From Bdellovibrionales bacterium (GTDB lineage: Bacteria; Bdellovibrionota; Bdellovibrionia; Bdellovibrionales; Bdellovibrionaceae), in assembly GCA_031370005.1 (NCBI GenBank), contig JANMPT010000021.1, positions 101,043 through 165,042 on the forward strand: DNA of 64,000 bases, read 5' to 3'. Position 1 is the stretch's first letter. Every line of letters starts with the position of its first letter. The position numbers were made by a program, and so were the translations under genes. Below are positions 39,653 through 49,794 of the stretch, in pieces. Under the pieces are notes generated by a model that saw nothing but the letters and a program-made list of their open reading frames with translations, searched no databases and was not told where the DNA came from.

Positions 39653-41364
39653 TACATCGCCTCCGGTGCTTCAATATTTAAAAGTTTGAGTCCTTGTATT
39701 AAAATCTTCTCGGTTGCCATCACTAAGGTGATGCGTGAAGCCTCCACCTCAGCGGCTTCACCGAGAATACGACACTTATGATAGAAATGACTAAAGCTAC
39801 CACAAAGTTCTAAAAGATATTGCGCAAGAATATTAGGCTTAAACTGTCTATAGGCACCGGTCAGAATATCCTCAAATTGTAAAAGCTCATAAACCAGTTT
39901 TCTTTCCTCCTCAGCAAGCAACTCGCTTGGAGCCTCTGAAGGAAGTGGTTTTCCATACTTTCTTAAAATACTCTTACAACGAACCACTGTGTACTGAACA
40001 TAGGGCCCCGTATCCCCTTCAACGCTAAGAATTCGATCCCAATCGAATTCGACGTTTTTTACTCGATCGTTTACCAAGTCATTAAAAATCACAGCTCCTA
40101 GCGCCACTTGCTTAGCTATCTCAGATTTATTTTCGAGATTCGGATTTTTTTCAGCAATAGTTTTTTCAACTAACTCAATGGCCTGCTCAATCACATCTTC
40201 AAAAAGTACTACCCGCCCCGAGCGAGTTGACATTTTACCTTCTTTAAACCGATAAAGCCCAAAGGAGATATGATGACACGTCTTAGCCCATTCAAAACCC
40301 ATCATCTCTAAAACCTTAAAGACTTGCCTAAAATGCAGGGTCTGATCTTGACCAACGACATAAAGCAACTCATCGCCTTTCATCACATCATGACGATAAA
40401 TGGCCGCAGCTAAGTCACGAGTTGCATAAATCGAGGCTCCATCACTTTTCTTGATAAGACACGGTGGCATGTTTTCCTTCTCATCAAAGAAAACAACTTG
40501 AGCCCCTTCGCTCTCTTTCAATAGACCTTTTTGTTTAAGCAACTGAACTACGCTGTCCATTTTATTGTTATAAAAAGACTCTCCCAAGACAGCGTCGTGC
40601 TTGATTTTCAAAACACCATTCAAAAGGCGATCATAATCCTTCAATGAATGGTCCACAATCATTTGCCAGATTTTCTTAATCTCTTGGTCGCCATCTTCGA
40701 GCTTCTTGAAATTAGCAGCAGCGGCCAATTCCAACTCAGGCTTCTTTTCCGCTTCTTCATGAAACCTTACATAGAGCCTTACAAGGTCGTCCATTGGAAC
40801 CTCAAACTTATACTCTTGCCCCCACTCTTGATAAGCCCAGGCTAGTTTTCCAAACTGACTTCCCCAGTCACCAAGGTGATTGACACCAACGGCTTTAAAC
40901 CCCTGTGACACCGCTAAATTGCGAATGGCTTGCCCTACCATTGCTGCTCTTAAATGCCCAACATGCATAGGTTTAGCCACATTGGGTGATGCAAAGTCGA
41001 TAATGACGGTTCTGTTTTTTCCGACTTCCGAAAAACCCACATTTGGTTTTTTTAAACTTTCAAAAAGAATTTCCTGAAGATATATATTCTTAAATGTAAA
41101 GTTAACAAACCCCCCAACAGCTTGCACTTTTTCCAAAAAAGAAATGTTACCATTTTGAATCTGTACTTGAATTTTCTGTACAATATCTCCAGCAAGCTGT
41201 GGCGGTGCAGTTCGCAGGTTTTTTGCTAAAGCAAAAACCGGGAATGAAATGTGTCCATGCTCAAATAACTTTGGTTTTTCAAGTGTTTTATGCAAATCCT
41301 CCGCCGGAAGCTGCGTCAAGGGTCCTAAAAAATTCGCAATTTTGGATTTGGCAATTTGAATCAT
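39652..41364 (-). CDS. argS: Arginine--tRNA ligase
   Basis: DFASPNVAKPMHVGHLR (HIGH-type), NHLGDWGSQFG, KMSTRSG and the DALR anticodon-binding domain. Confidence 0.98.
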   Translation of the reverse strand: MIQIAKSKIANFLGPLTQLPAEDLHKTLEKPKLFEHGHISFPVFALAKNLRTAPPQLAGDIVQKIQVQIQNGNISFLEKVQAVGGFVNFTFKNIYLQEILFESLKKPNVGFSEVGKNRTVIIDFASPNVAKPMHVGHLRAAMVGQAIRNLAVSQGFKAVGVNHLGDWGSQFGKLAWAYQEWGQEYKFEVPMDDLVRLYVRFHEEAEKKPELELAAAANFKKLEDGDQEIKKIWQMIVDHSLKDYDRLLNGVLKIKHDAVLGESFYNNKMDSVVQLLKQKGLLKESEGAQVVFFDEKENMPPCLIKKSDGASIYATRDLAAAIYRHDVMKGDELLYVVGQDQTLHFRQVFKVLEMMGFEWAKTCHHISFGLYRFKEGKMSTRSGRVVLFEDVIEQAIELVEKTIAEKNPNLENKSEIAKQVALGAVIFNDLVNDRVKNVEFDWDRILSVEGDTGPYVQYTVVRCKSILRKYGKPLPSEAPSELLAEEERKLVYELLQFEDILTGAYRQFKPNILAQYLLELCGSFSHFYHKCRILGEAAEVEASRITLVMATEKILIQGLKLLNIEAPEAM

Positions 41365-41446
41365 ACAAAAAACTACCAAAAATATGCGTCAATTCCAACG
41401 TAAATTCGGTGACATAAATAAATATTTTGAGTATCTATTGCCACCT

Positions 41447-41719
41447 ATGAATAAAGCACAACTTATCGAAAAAGTCGCAGAGCTCACTCATACGACACGT
41501 AACCAGTCTGAAGAAATTCTTGATGCAACCTTGAAGGTAATCCAAAAAGCTGTTTCCAAGGGAGATGAGGTGAAGCTCGTTGGCTTCGGAAGCTTTTCCA
41601 GAACCACACGACAACCTCGCTCAGGCAGAAACCCCAAGACCGGCGCCTCTGTGCAAATTCCTGGAGGCCGTGTCCCCCGCTTTAAACCGGGGAAGGAATT
41701 TAAAGATCAAGTGAAGTAA
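41447..41719 (+). CDS. hup: HU family DNA-binding protein
   Basis: MNKAQLIEKVA..VKLVGFGSF..GRNPKTG..FKPGKEFK. Confidence 0.95.
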   Translation: MNKAQLIEKVAELTHTTRNQSEEILDATLKVIQKAVSKGDEVKLVGFGSFSRTTRQPRSGRNPKTGASVQIPGGRVPRFKPGKEFKDQVK

Positions 41720-42122
41720 GCTCACCCAGAAATTCTGCACGGTCCTTAATCTGAGCCCAACCCGAAAGACCACTTCGCCAGACATAATCCTCAAAGCTTA
41801 CAAGCCCCAAAGTCAGCTTGGCATTTATCTCCTGCACAGAATAAGGTCCATCCTGACACACCTGTGAGCTCTCTTTATTAAAACTCAATAAAACCCATTC
41901 TTTTTCAGATGTATTCGAATTTTTGAAATAATTTTGCTGAAAGGCCGGAAATAATTCCTTTGAAAAATCTCGCCACTCTATAGCCATTAACCAAGTATCC
42001 TCCCCTTCCTTACAAATTAAATCAGAGGGGCCAATTTCACCTCGCATAATTTTTCTTTTTATCTCTTCAATGCCAAGCGGCCCCTGCGGTTTTATATTTT
42101 TATTAAAATACCAAGAACTCAC
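41700..42122 (-). CDS. Tandem GYF_2 (DUF4339) domain protein
   Basis: Two units: WY..QGPL..I..GEI...DLICKEG..W and W..QDGPYS..VWRSGLSGW. Confidence 0.8.
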   Translation of the reverse strand: MSSWYFNKNIKPQGPLGIEEIKRKIMRGEIGPSDLICKEGEDTWLMAIEWRDFSKELFPAFQQNYFKNSNTSEKEWVLLSFNKESSQVCQDGPYSVQEINAKLTLGLVSFEDYVWRSGLSGWAQIKDRAEFLGELTSLDL

Positions 42123-43762
42123 AGTTTCTCCTTTTTGCTCCGAAATGGTGCGGGCAAAGACTCCACAATTTCCATCATCTCATAATAGGCAATATTAAAA
42201 CTATCATTCATCAATGATTTTTTCAAAAAACCTGCCAGCGTAGATTTCGACAGAAAATCTTTTCGGTACGCTGAATAAATACGCTCCCCAATCATACCCC
42301 CCAAAAGAGTACTTGCCACTAAATAACTGCTACGTCTTTTAGGCCGAACAACTGTCCGAATTTGAGGACGATTGGAAATTACCATTAATTCGTGCATCTT
42401 CTGTGAAAGAGCCAATATCAAAGACTCCTTATCACTTCCAGAGATTCCTCGGGAGGCAAGTGTTGCACGGATATCCAGTACAGTATCTGTTTTTCGCTTA
42501 TGATTAATAATCTTTGAACCAAAATATGCCAAACCCTCAATCCAGATCTGCCTTAAGAAATCCTTCTGCATATCCAAAAAGCTCTCTGAACTCCCACTCC
42601 ATTTGGCATGAACATATTTCGCAGCCAATGTTGCTGCATGATTTACTGTTGGCCTTGCCAAATAGCCAATTCCAAGATCTGGAATATAGAATGTGTTCTC
42701 ATCTTCAATCAGGACTTCGATCCATTGAAGTTCTTTTGTATTAAAATGCTCCTGCAGCTTAGACCAGAACTGTTGATCTTGGGCCGTATATACTGAAAGG
42801 TCATCGCAGGACAAAGGTTTCCCAAGCTCTTCGGAAATAATCTTAACATAACTACTGATGTGATCTGTATAATCGACAGACTCTTCTTCTCCTTCTAAAC
42901 CACGATCATAGGTGTGTTCAAGATACATTAAATAGTTTTGCCACTTCACCCAAGGGGGGACATTCAAAAGGCAAAAGGTATCTTTGGCAAGTTCTACTAC
43001 ATCAACACTGCTCTCAAGTCCTTGTTTTAAAAGTTGAAAATAAATTTTTTCTGAGTTTTGAAAAAGCCGGAAGATTTTCTTACGAAACCCTGGCCCCTCA
43101 AGCTTGACTACTTCCTTAGGAATATGATTTGTCGATAAATGCAGATCCCCATAAACTGCAAAAATAATAGATTCAGGGTGCTTTTTTAAAATAAAATGCA
43201 GTTTCTGGGCTGCAAAGCTGTCTCGAGACCTCAAGCTTGCAGCCGTTCGCGTCTTAGCACAGCGATTAATGCCATAGACTGGAATCTTCCGACTCTGAGC
43301 CCAACGAATCAAAGCCCGAATATATTCCCAAGGAAAGCCCCACTTTTTTGACCACTCCACTGCTTTTAAAAAATCACGTTCAGAGATCTTCCCGGCCATG
43401 AACTTATCAAGAATAATCTGGTCTTCGGCCTCAAAGCACTCTAAGCATAAAACTAAAGGTCGAGTCGTTGAGAAATTCTTTAGAATGCGCCAATGTGTTT
43501 TTTGCGATTGAGAAAGCGCGTGAAAATCCCCCATAAGTACTAAGCGTGAAGCTTGCAATCGACGATATAGCTCATCTCGATTGGAACTTGACCAGGGCTT
43601 TTTAAACTCCTTGTCATATTCTTTGCGGTATTTTATGAGCTCAGTATCCTCGCCCCCTAAGCGAATTGAAACCTGAGCTTCCATTTGATGATAGAGCTCT
43701 TTACGGATGCGAATCCAGTTCTGAAAGTCCCGAGGTGAATCTGTCAATATCCTCTCCTGCAT
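42119..43762 (-). CDS. ChaN/EreA-like fold protein with C-terminal extension
   Basis: LVLMGDFH, LECFEAEDQ, WGFPWEY, IPVYGIN and YGDLHL motifs; no signal peptide. Confidence 0.75.
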   Translation of the reverse strand: MQERILTDSPRDFQNWIRIRKELYHQMEAQVSIRLGGEDTELIKYRKEYDKEFKKPWSSSNRDELYRRLQASRLVLMGDFHALSQSQKTHWRILKNFSTTRPLVLCLECFEAEDQIILDKFMAGKISERDFLKAVEWSKKWGFPWEYIRALIRWAQSRKIPVYGINRCAKTRTAASLRSRDSFAAQKLHFILKKHPESIIFAVYGDLHLSTNHIPKEVVKLEGPGFRKKIFRLFQNSEKIYFQLLKQGLESSVDVVELAKDTFCLLNVPPWVKWQNYLMYLEHTYDRGLEGEEESVDYTDHISSYVKIISEELGKPLSCDDLSVYTAQDQQFWSKLQEHFNTKELQWIEVLIEDENTFYIPDLGIGYLARPTVNHAATLAAKYVHAKWSGSSESFLDMQKDFLRQIWIEGLAYFGSKIINHKRKTDTVLDIRATLASRGISGSDKESLILALSQKMHELMVISNRPQIRTVVRPKRRSSYLVASTLLGGMIGERIYSAYRKDFLSKSTLAGFLKKSLMNDSFNIAYYEMMEIVESLPAPFRSKKEKL

Positions 43763-43825
43763 GAGTATTTATTTTTACATAAAAGCAATTGATTTCAAAC
43801 AGGATTATGGGTTCTAATCGAAAAC

Positions 43826-45025
43826 ATGAAGAATTCAGCTCAAAAAAAAATACTTATCTATTTTGCCCTAGCTTTCACAGTCCTTGCCATTGGTATACAT
43901 CTCTACCTTTACAAGCATCACATCGATCTCAAACTTGGTCTAAGCTCTGCCAATAGCATTTGCAACATTAGCGACACATTGAATTGTGACACCGCTGCCT
44001 CTAGTCCCTTTGCAGAACTATTCGGCATCCCGATGGCCTTACTTGGTGCTTTCACGAATGGTCTGCTCTTGATTTTACTTCTTTTAGGCCGCTTTAATTT
44101 GACGGTAAATTTGGAACGTACTGAGCGTTATAGCTTCTACCTCGCAAGTTTTATTTTTGCCGTCTCCGTATTTATGGCTGCGATCTCCTTGTTGGTTCTG
44201 AAAAGTGCTTGCCCCTTTTGCCTAGCCACCTATGCCCTCTCAATACTCACCTGGCTGAGCCTCTATTTGGCTTATCGACCAAAGCTCAGCTTACTTCCTG
44301 GAGATCTCAAGGATGCCTTTAGCACTGAAAAATGGATTCTCGGCAGTCTTATCGCCATTCCAGTACTTGGGCTGATTGTAAATAACATGACCTTAGACAG
44401 CTATGGCTACCAGGAAATAAAAAGAGTCAGTGAAACCAGCCTGAGCACTTGGCAGAGCTCTCCTCAACAGAACTTTGACCTGCAAAGTGGTCTTCAATTT
44501 CAAAGCCATCAGCAAGAACCTAAAATCGTGATTGTTGAGTTCGCTGATTTTCTTTGCTCTCACTGCAAAGCGGCTTACCCGGCCCTTCACAGCTTTACAA
44601 AACTACACCCCGACGTGAAGTTGATTTTCAAGAATTTTCCCCTGGATGGAGTTTGTAACTCAGCAGTAACCAACAAGGGCAATGGCAAGAGTTGCGAGCT
44701 GAGCTATGCCGCCCTTTGCGCAGAAAAGCTCGGTCAAAAAGGTTGGATAACCCACCATTATATCTTCGACAATCAAGAGATTATTTTTTCAAAACAAATG
44801 CCTGAAATTTTGGTTGATATCTGCAAGCTAACTAATACTGACTGCGAGCAAATGAAAAACTGTATGAACTCTGAGGAAATCCATGATGCTGTAAGAAAAA
44901 TGGCTGCCGAAGGGGAGAAAGCTCAAATTAACGGAACCCCAGCCATTTTCTTAAATGGCAGAAACCTCCCGGGCGGTCAACTTCTGCCAATTCTTGAGAA
45001 CACCTACCGAAGCATTACAAAATAA
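43826..45025 (+). CDS. VKOR-DsbA/thioredoxin fusion
   Basis: VKOR loop Cys pair (ICNISDTLNCD) and CPFC in a TM; C-terminal EFADFLCSHC and INGTPAIF. Confidence 0.92.
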   Translation: MKNSAQKKILIYFALAFTVLAIGIHLYLYKHHIDLKLGLSSANSICNISDTLNCDTAASSPFAELFGIPMALLGAFTNGLLLILLLLGRFNLTVNLERTERYSFYLASFIFAVSVFMAAISLLVLKSACPFCLATYALSILTWLSLYLAYRPKLSLLPGDLKDAFSTEKWILGSLIAIPVLGLIVNNMTLDSYGYQEIKRVSETSLSTWQSSPQQNFDLQSGLQFQSHQQEPKIVIVEFADFLCSHCKAAYPALHSFTKLHPDVKLIFKNFPLDGVCNSAVTNKGNGKSCELSYAALCAEKLGQKGWITHHYIFDNQEIIFSKQMPEILVDICKLTNTDCEQMKNCMNSEEIHDAVRKMAAEGEKAQINGTPAIFLNGRNLPGGQLLPILENTYRSITK

Positions 45026-45028
45026 AAC

Positions 45029-45433
45029 TTAAGCTTTTTTATTCCATGTTGAACACCATGCCGTACTTTTCACCAGCTGATTTGGGAAAATCTGACACTT
45101 TCCAACCTCTTCACCATTTTTAAGACTGTGCTTTGTATAAAAGTTGCAGTTGTGGCAGAACTGCTTTGCGAAGGGGACGCCGCCTCTATCGACTTTCAAT
45201 GCAGCATCTTTCACATCACTATGCTTAAAATGATAATTCACAGCGCCCGCAGCACCCTTACCTGGCTCAACCATCGTAAGACCCTCTGCTCCGCCGCCTG
45301 CTTCCGCAGAACGCCCTCGACGTCTTTCTTCAGCAAAAACATTTGAGCTAAATAATACAGGTGCAATTGCTGCAAGCCCCAACATTTGTCCTACATGTAC
45401 GAAAAAACGACGACGACTCGTATTTTGTTCCAC
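45029..45433 (-). CDS. Tat-exported high-potential iron-sulfur protein (HiPIP)
   Basis: SRRRFF Tat motif; CHNC..C(QIF)..WC Cys pattern; AAGGAG RBS before GTG at 45433. Confidence 0.9.
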   Translation of the reverse strand: MEQNTSRRRFFVHVGQMLGLAAIAPVLFSSNVFAEERRRGRSAEAGGGAEGLTMVEPGKGAAGAVNYHFKHSDVKDAALKVDRGGVPFAKQFCHNCNFYTKHSLKNGEEVGKCQIFPNQLVKSTAWCSTWNKKA

Positions 45434-45517
45434 TCTATACACTCCTTATGAATTACAGTTTGTTAATTTTTAAGGCTGCTCCAATTTAAATTGGTTTGCA
45501 AGTATGCAGACTAAAAA

Positions 45518-45913
45518 CTAAGACTTTTGCAAGCTGCGGCGATTCAACAAATGACCACTGATCAACAACAAACTTCCAACAATCGTTTTGATGTCATTCC
45601 CTCGAAGCTGATTGCGAGTGCTTGGATCAATTAAGGCAATACATAAAAGAAAAAGCCCAAGGCCGCCCAAAAGGATTACTATTTTGTTTTTATGTCGTTT
45701 ATAACCCGACCAAAAAGAATAAACCGCCACGGGAACAATAAAAATTGAAATAAATAAGTGCACCGGTGAATAGTGAATAGAATAAACCCATAGCGGTAAA
45801 CTTAAGGTGATAAAAGGTGTTATTAAACAGTGCAGCGTGCAGAGCGACGAAAGGAAGATTCCAGTGCGGTCCCATTTTTTAGTTTCGATGGTGCTTGCAG
45901 GCTCAATAGGCAT
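45518..45913 (-). CDS. MerC-domain membrane protein
   Basis: WDRTGIFLSSLCTLHCL motif, four TMs, GYKRH, C-terminal GHLLN. Confidence 0.85.
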   Translation of the reverse strand: MPIEPASTIETKKWDRTGIFLSSLCTLHCLITPFITLSLPLWVYSIHYSPVHLFISIFIVPVAVYSFWSGYKRHKNKIVILLGGLGLFLLCIALIDPSTRNQLRGNDIKTIVGSLLLISGHLLNRRSLQKS

Positions 45914-45933
45914 CTGACTTTTATTACTCTAAT

Positions 45934-45948
45934 TGCAAATGATTGTCA
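45934..45948. promoter_or_regulatory. Fur-family 7-1-7 box overlapping a TTGACA -35 of the merC-like gene
   Basis: TGCAAAT-G-ATTGTCA versus the Fur consensus TGATAAT-N-ATTATCA. The minus strand reads TTGACA at 45949-45944. Confidence 0.55.
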
Positions 45949-46074
45949 ATAAACTCTTGGTCTCTATTCTGCACGCCTTAGATGTTTTTTACCTCATCGA
46001 CAAAGGTCTATTTTCTCCAGTATTTCTGCCCGCTTTTGTAATAACTCCCGATAGATGCCATTGTAAAGGTTGTT

Positions 46075-46641
46075 ATGAAGCAAAGACGCCTTGTCGCTCT
46101 TTTGAGCTTTAAAATTTTAATTTTATTCATCTCAAAAGCATCAGCTGAAAGCCTTTGCAATCTTCTTCCAGACTTAGCAAAAAACCCTGCTTGGAGTACA
46201 AAATTAAATTCGCAGGATAGGATTGATTATATTCTAATAGATAAATCTAGACGAATGATGCATTTAATGGATCAAAGTGGCCTTTTGAAAACATACCGTA
46301 TTGCACTGGGAAAAAAACCAAATGGAGCTAAGACATGCTCTGGCGATAATAAAACGCCTGAAGGAATTTACCGAGTTGAATACAAAAATTCGCAAAGTGA
46401 CTATCATTTATCATTAAAAATTAGTTATCCAAATATCCAGGATATTCTAAGGGCTAAAAGGGCTGGCTGCGATGCCGGCGGTGACACTATGATTCATGGC
46501 CTACCAAATGATCTCTTGAAACGCCTTTTTATTCGTCACCCAAAAGATTGGACGAAAGGATGCGCAGCAGTTACAAATAAGCAAATTGAAGAAATATTCG
46601 CGATCGTTGAAACCGGAACACCTATTGAGTTATGCAAGTAA
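46075..46641 (+). CDS. L,D-transpeptidase family (YkuD) protein
   Basis: GDNKTPEGIY, ISYPN and IHG..WTKGC motifs. Confidence 0.92.
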   Translation: MKQRRLVALLSFKILILFISKASAESLCNLLPDLAKNPAWSTKLNSQDRIDYILIDKSRRMMHLMDQSGLLKTYRIALGKKPNGAKTCSGDNKTPEGIYRVEYKNSQSDYHLSLKISYPNIQDILRAKRAGCDAGGDTMIHGLPNDLLKRLFIRHPKDWTKGCAAVTNKQIEEIFAIVETGTPIELCK

Positions 46642-46646
46642 AAAAT

Positions 46647-49600
46647 TTAAAGATGCCCGCTATTTCCACCGAATCGACTAAAGAATTTCCCCGCTGCCAC
46701 TCGGAAATCATCGACAAATCCGTAGGCTGCGGGAACCACGATCAGTGTCAATAAGGTTGAGCTAATCAAGCCTCCAATAATAGCAATACCCATAGAGGTC
46801 CTCATCGCACTGGCCTCATTCAGACCAATCGCAATCGGAATCATCCCTGCGATCAAAGCTAAGGATGTCATTAGAATCGGGCGAAGACGGGTGCGACTTG
46901 CTTTTAGCAAAGCCTCATTGCGTTTTAATCCACTGGCTTCCATTTGCTTCGTGTAATCTACAAGTAAAATCGAGTTCTTCGCCACAACTCCTAATAGCAA
47001 TACAATCCCGATGAGCGAAAAAATATCAATGCTCTTACCGAAAACAAGTAGTGCCACCAGCGCTCCGCACATCGCCAGCGGCAACGCAAGCAAGATTGTA
47101 AATGGGGTCACGAAACTTTCATACAATGAAGATAGAACTAGGTATATAAATACAATACCAAGGAAGATTGCTAGCAACATACTTGAGATCAAATCCTGAA
47201 AATCCTCCGCCTGACCTTGAAAGCGATAATCAACTCCCGATGGCGGCCGCAGTTCTTCTTTTAAAATTTTATTCACTTCATTAGTAATAGCACCTAAGGA
47301 TCCATTAGGGCCAAGATTTGCAGAAATATTGATAAATCGATTTTTATTCTGACGATTGATTTGTGAATAGCCTAAGGTATTCTCAGCCGTCGCAATACGA
47401 TTCAGAGGGATCATATTATTGTTCAAATTAGGAACAAAGGTAGTGTTAAATTGGTCACGTAAATCACGATACTTCTCATCAAAACGTACGCGCACCTTAT
47501 ACTCAATTCCATTTTCGCGGAAAACCGCAGCCTCAGCGCCCTCCGTTCGGTCACGAAGTTCCGCTCCCGCCATCACTGTTGATACTCCCAAATGTTCTGA
47601 TTTTTTGCGATCAAAGACCACATGGAATTCAGGCTTCCCCGCCCTGAAATTTGTATCCACATCAATTAGTCCAGGGATTTTTTTCATACGTTCTTTTAAG
47701 ATATCAGCATACTTACTGAGGGATTCCAAATCTTCGCCAGTGATATTTAAATTAAATGGTTTTTGGCCGCTCCCGGCCGCATCAATATCACCGATCTCAA
47801 CCTTGGCTTTCGCTGCAAATGAGCTTAGCTCTTCGCGAAGGGCCGTTTTTGTTTGGGTCGTGGTGAGTTGACGTTTTTTCTTCTCAACCAAACGAACAAA
47901 TAGATTCGCCTTATTAGCCTCCCCATTGGTGGATCCAATAGTCGTCAACACCATATCAATAGTTGAATTTTTATTAAGGATAGCCTCAATACCTTTAGTA
48001 AAGTCCGCCGTTCCTTGTAAAGAAGTACCCACCGGCATTTCCACGGAGATTGAGAACTCCCCATTATCAGCAGCAGGCAAGAACGTTTTTGGAATATATG
48101 GTAAAGCCATCATGCTTATTAAAAAAATCCCAGCTGCAATTGCTAAAACTGACTTTGGATATTTCAAAGTCTTCACCATTAATCTTTCGTAAACAACCTC
48201 AAGACGAGTTTGGAATTTATCAAAGGCTTTAAGAATACCTGCAATAAATCCATTGCCTTTATTATGTTCTGTTGGCGATGCCATGTATGCAGATAACATG
48301 GGCGCCACTGTGAAAGCATCAAAGAGCGAAATCAGCATCGTAAAAACAATGGTCAAACCAAATTGTTTAAAAAATTGACCGATAATTCCCTGTAAGAACG
48401 AAATCGGACCAAATACAGCAATCACGACTAGGGTTGTAGCCACAACTGCCTGCGCCACTTCCTTAGTGCCCTCCAGAGCCGCTGTTCTTGGGTCTTTTCC
48501 CATTTCCATATGGCGAAAAATATTTTCCCGCACAACAATAGCATCATCTATCAACAGCCCTACGGCCAGAGACAAAGCCAATAAGGTCATCATATTAATA
48601 GAAAACCCCATGGCGTACATAACGACAAATCCACCTAAAAGCGAGTTTGGCAGGGCCATCCCTGTAATGAAAGTCGAACGCACTGACCCAAGAAAGAAAA
48701 AAACGACAATCACACAAAGTGCAATCCCTATCAAGATAGACTCTTTCACATCAGTCACGTTGAGACGAATGGGCCGTGACATATCTCGGACGACTTGAAC
48801 TTGGGCATCGAGCTTTTTATCCTCAAGATACTTGTTCACTTTTTCAAGACTTTTTTTCACAGCATCTGTGACTGCGATAGTATTTGAGCCTGACTGCTTA
48901 AAAACTTGCAACAAAAGTGCTGGAGTCCCTTTGATGCTTGCAATATTCTTTTGATCTTCCAGACCACGTTCTACACGGCCGACGTCACTCAAAAGAACTG
49001 CCCGATCAGAACCGATAAAATTCACATTAACATTTCTGATTTCCTCCAAAGAAGAAAACTCTCCATTTGTCCTCATTAAAAGTTCTTTTAATGGATTCTC
49101 TATTTTTCCAATTGGAACATCTTTAGAGGTTTCTTCGATACGTTTCGCGATTTGCAACATTGAAATCTGACGATCTTGAATTTTATTTTTATCCACTAGG
49201 ATTTGGATTTCGGTTTTGCGACCACCAACAATTGTGACTTGTCCTACATCGTTTAAGCGCTCAAACTGCGGTTTGATTAACTCGCTTGCAACATCATAGG
49301 CTTTTCCAGCTGGCAGATGAGAAGTAATTGCCAAAGTAATCACCGGTTGATCAGCAGGATCAAAACGTCGAATCACAGGCTCGTAGACATCATTGGGAAG
49401 ATTTCTACGGATATTTCCAATGCGATTTCTTATTTGTTGTTCTGCTTCTTTAATATCAGTACCAAGTTTAAATTCTAAAATGATGATTGCCGCAGAATCA
49501 AGATTGTTTGAAGTCATGTTTTTTAGGCCTGATAAGCTACCAAGTTCATCCTCAAGAGGTTTTGAAACTTGCTTTTCTAAGTCTATTGGCGAAGCCCCTG

Positions 49601-49754
49601 GATATGTTACCTGAACTGCCACAATAGGAAAGGTCACATCAGGAAAAAGATCAACTGGCATTTTGCCAAGGCTAATCACTCCTAAAATCAACATTAATGC
49701 CACAATACAAGTAATGAAAATTGGTCTTTTAATGGACAGTGCGGATAAGTTCAT
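46647..49754 (-). CDS. RND efflux transporter (AcrB-like)
   Basis: SIKRPIF, GLLIDDAIVVRENI, KNSILLVD and RLRPILMT motifs. Confidence 0.96.
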   Translation of the reverse strand: MNLSALSIKRPIFITCIVALMLILGVISLGKMPVDLFPDVTFPIVAVQVTYPGASPIDLEKQVSKPLEDELGSLSGLKNMTSNNLDSAAIIILEFKLGTDIKEAEQQIRNRIGNIRRNLPNDVYEPVIRRFDPADQPVITLAITSHLPAGKAYDVASELIKPQFERLNDVGQVTIVGGRKTEIQILVDKNKIQDRQISMLQIAKRIEETSKDVPIGKIENPLKELLMRTNGEFSSLEEIRNVNVNFIGSDRAVLLSDVGRVERGLEDQKNIASIKGTPALLLQVFKQSGSNTIAVTDAVKKSLEKVNKYLEDKKLDAQVQVVRDMSRPIRLNVTDVKESILIGIALCVIVVFFFLGSVRSTFITGMALPNSLLGGFVVMYAMGFSINMMTLLALSLAVGLLIDDAIVVRENIFRHMEMGKDPRTAALEGTKEVAQAVVATTLVVIAVFGPISFLQGIIGQFFKQFGLTIVFTMLISLFDAFTVAPMLSAYMASPTEHNKGNGFIAGILKAFDKFQTRLEVVYERLMVKTLKYPKSVLAIAAGIFLISMMALPYIPKTFLPAADNGEFSISVEMPVGTSLQGTADFTKGIEAILNKNSTIDMVLTTIGSTNGEANKANLFVRLVEKKKRQLTTTQTKTALREELSSFAAKAKVEIGDIDAAGSGQKPFNLNITGEDLESLSKYADILKERMKKIPGLIDVDTNFRAGKPEFHVVFDRKKSEHLGVSTVMAGAELRDRTEGAEAAVFRENGIEYKVRVRFDEKYRDLRDQFNTTFVPNLNNNMIPLNRIATAENTLGYSQINRQNKNRFINISANLGPNGSLGAITNEVNKILKEELRPPSGVDYRFQGQAEDFQDLISSMLLAIFLGIVFIYLVLSSLYESFVTPFTILLALPLAMCGALVALLVFGKSIDIFSLIGIVLLLGVVAKNSILLVDYTKQMEASGLKRNEALLKASRTRLRPILMTSLALIAGMIPIAIGLNEASAMRTSMGIAIIGGLISSTLLTLIVVPAAYGFVDDFRVAAGKFFSRFGGNSGHL

Positions 49755-49794
49755 AAAGGGCTCCACTGCTTACTATATTTATCTGTTGCATTAC

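Noticed and set aside
45518..45913. Mercury-resistance operon
   Set aside because: No merA, merR, merT or merP nearby.
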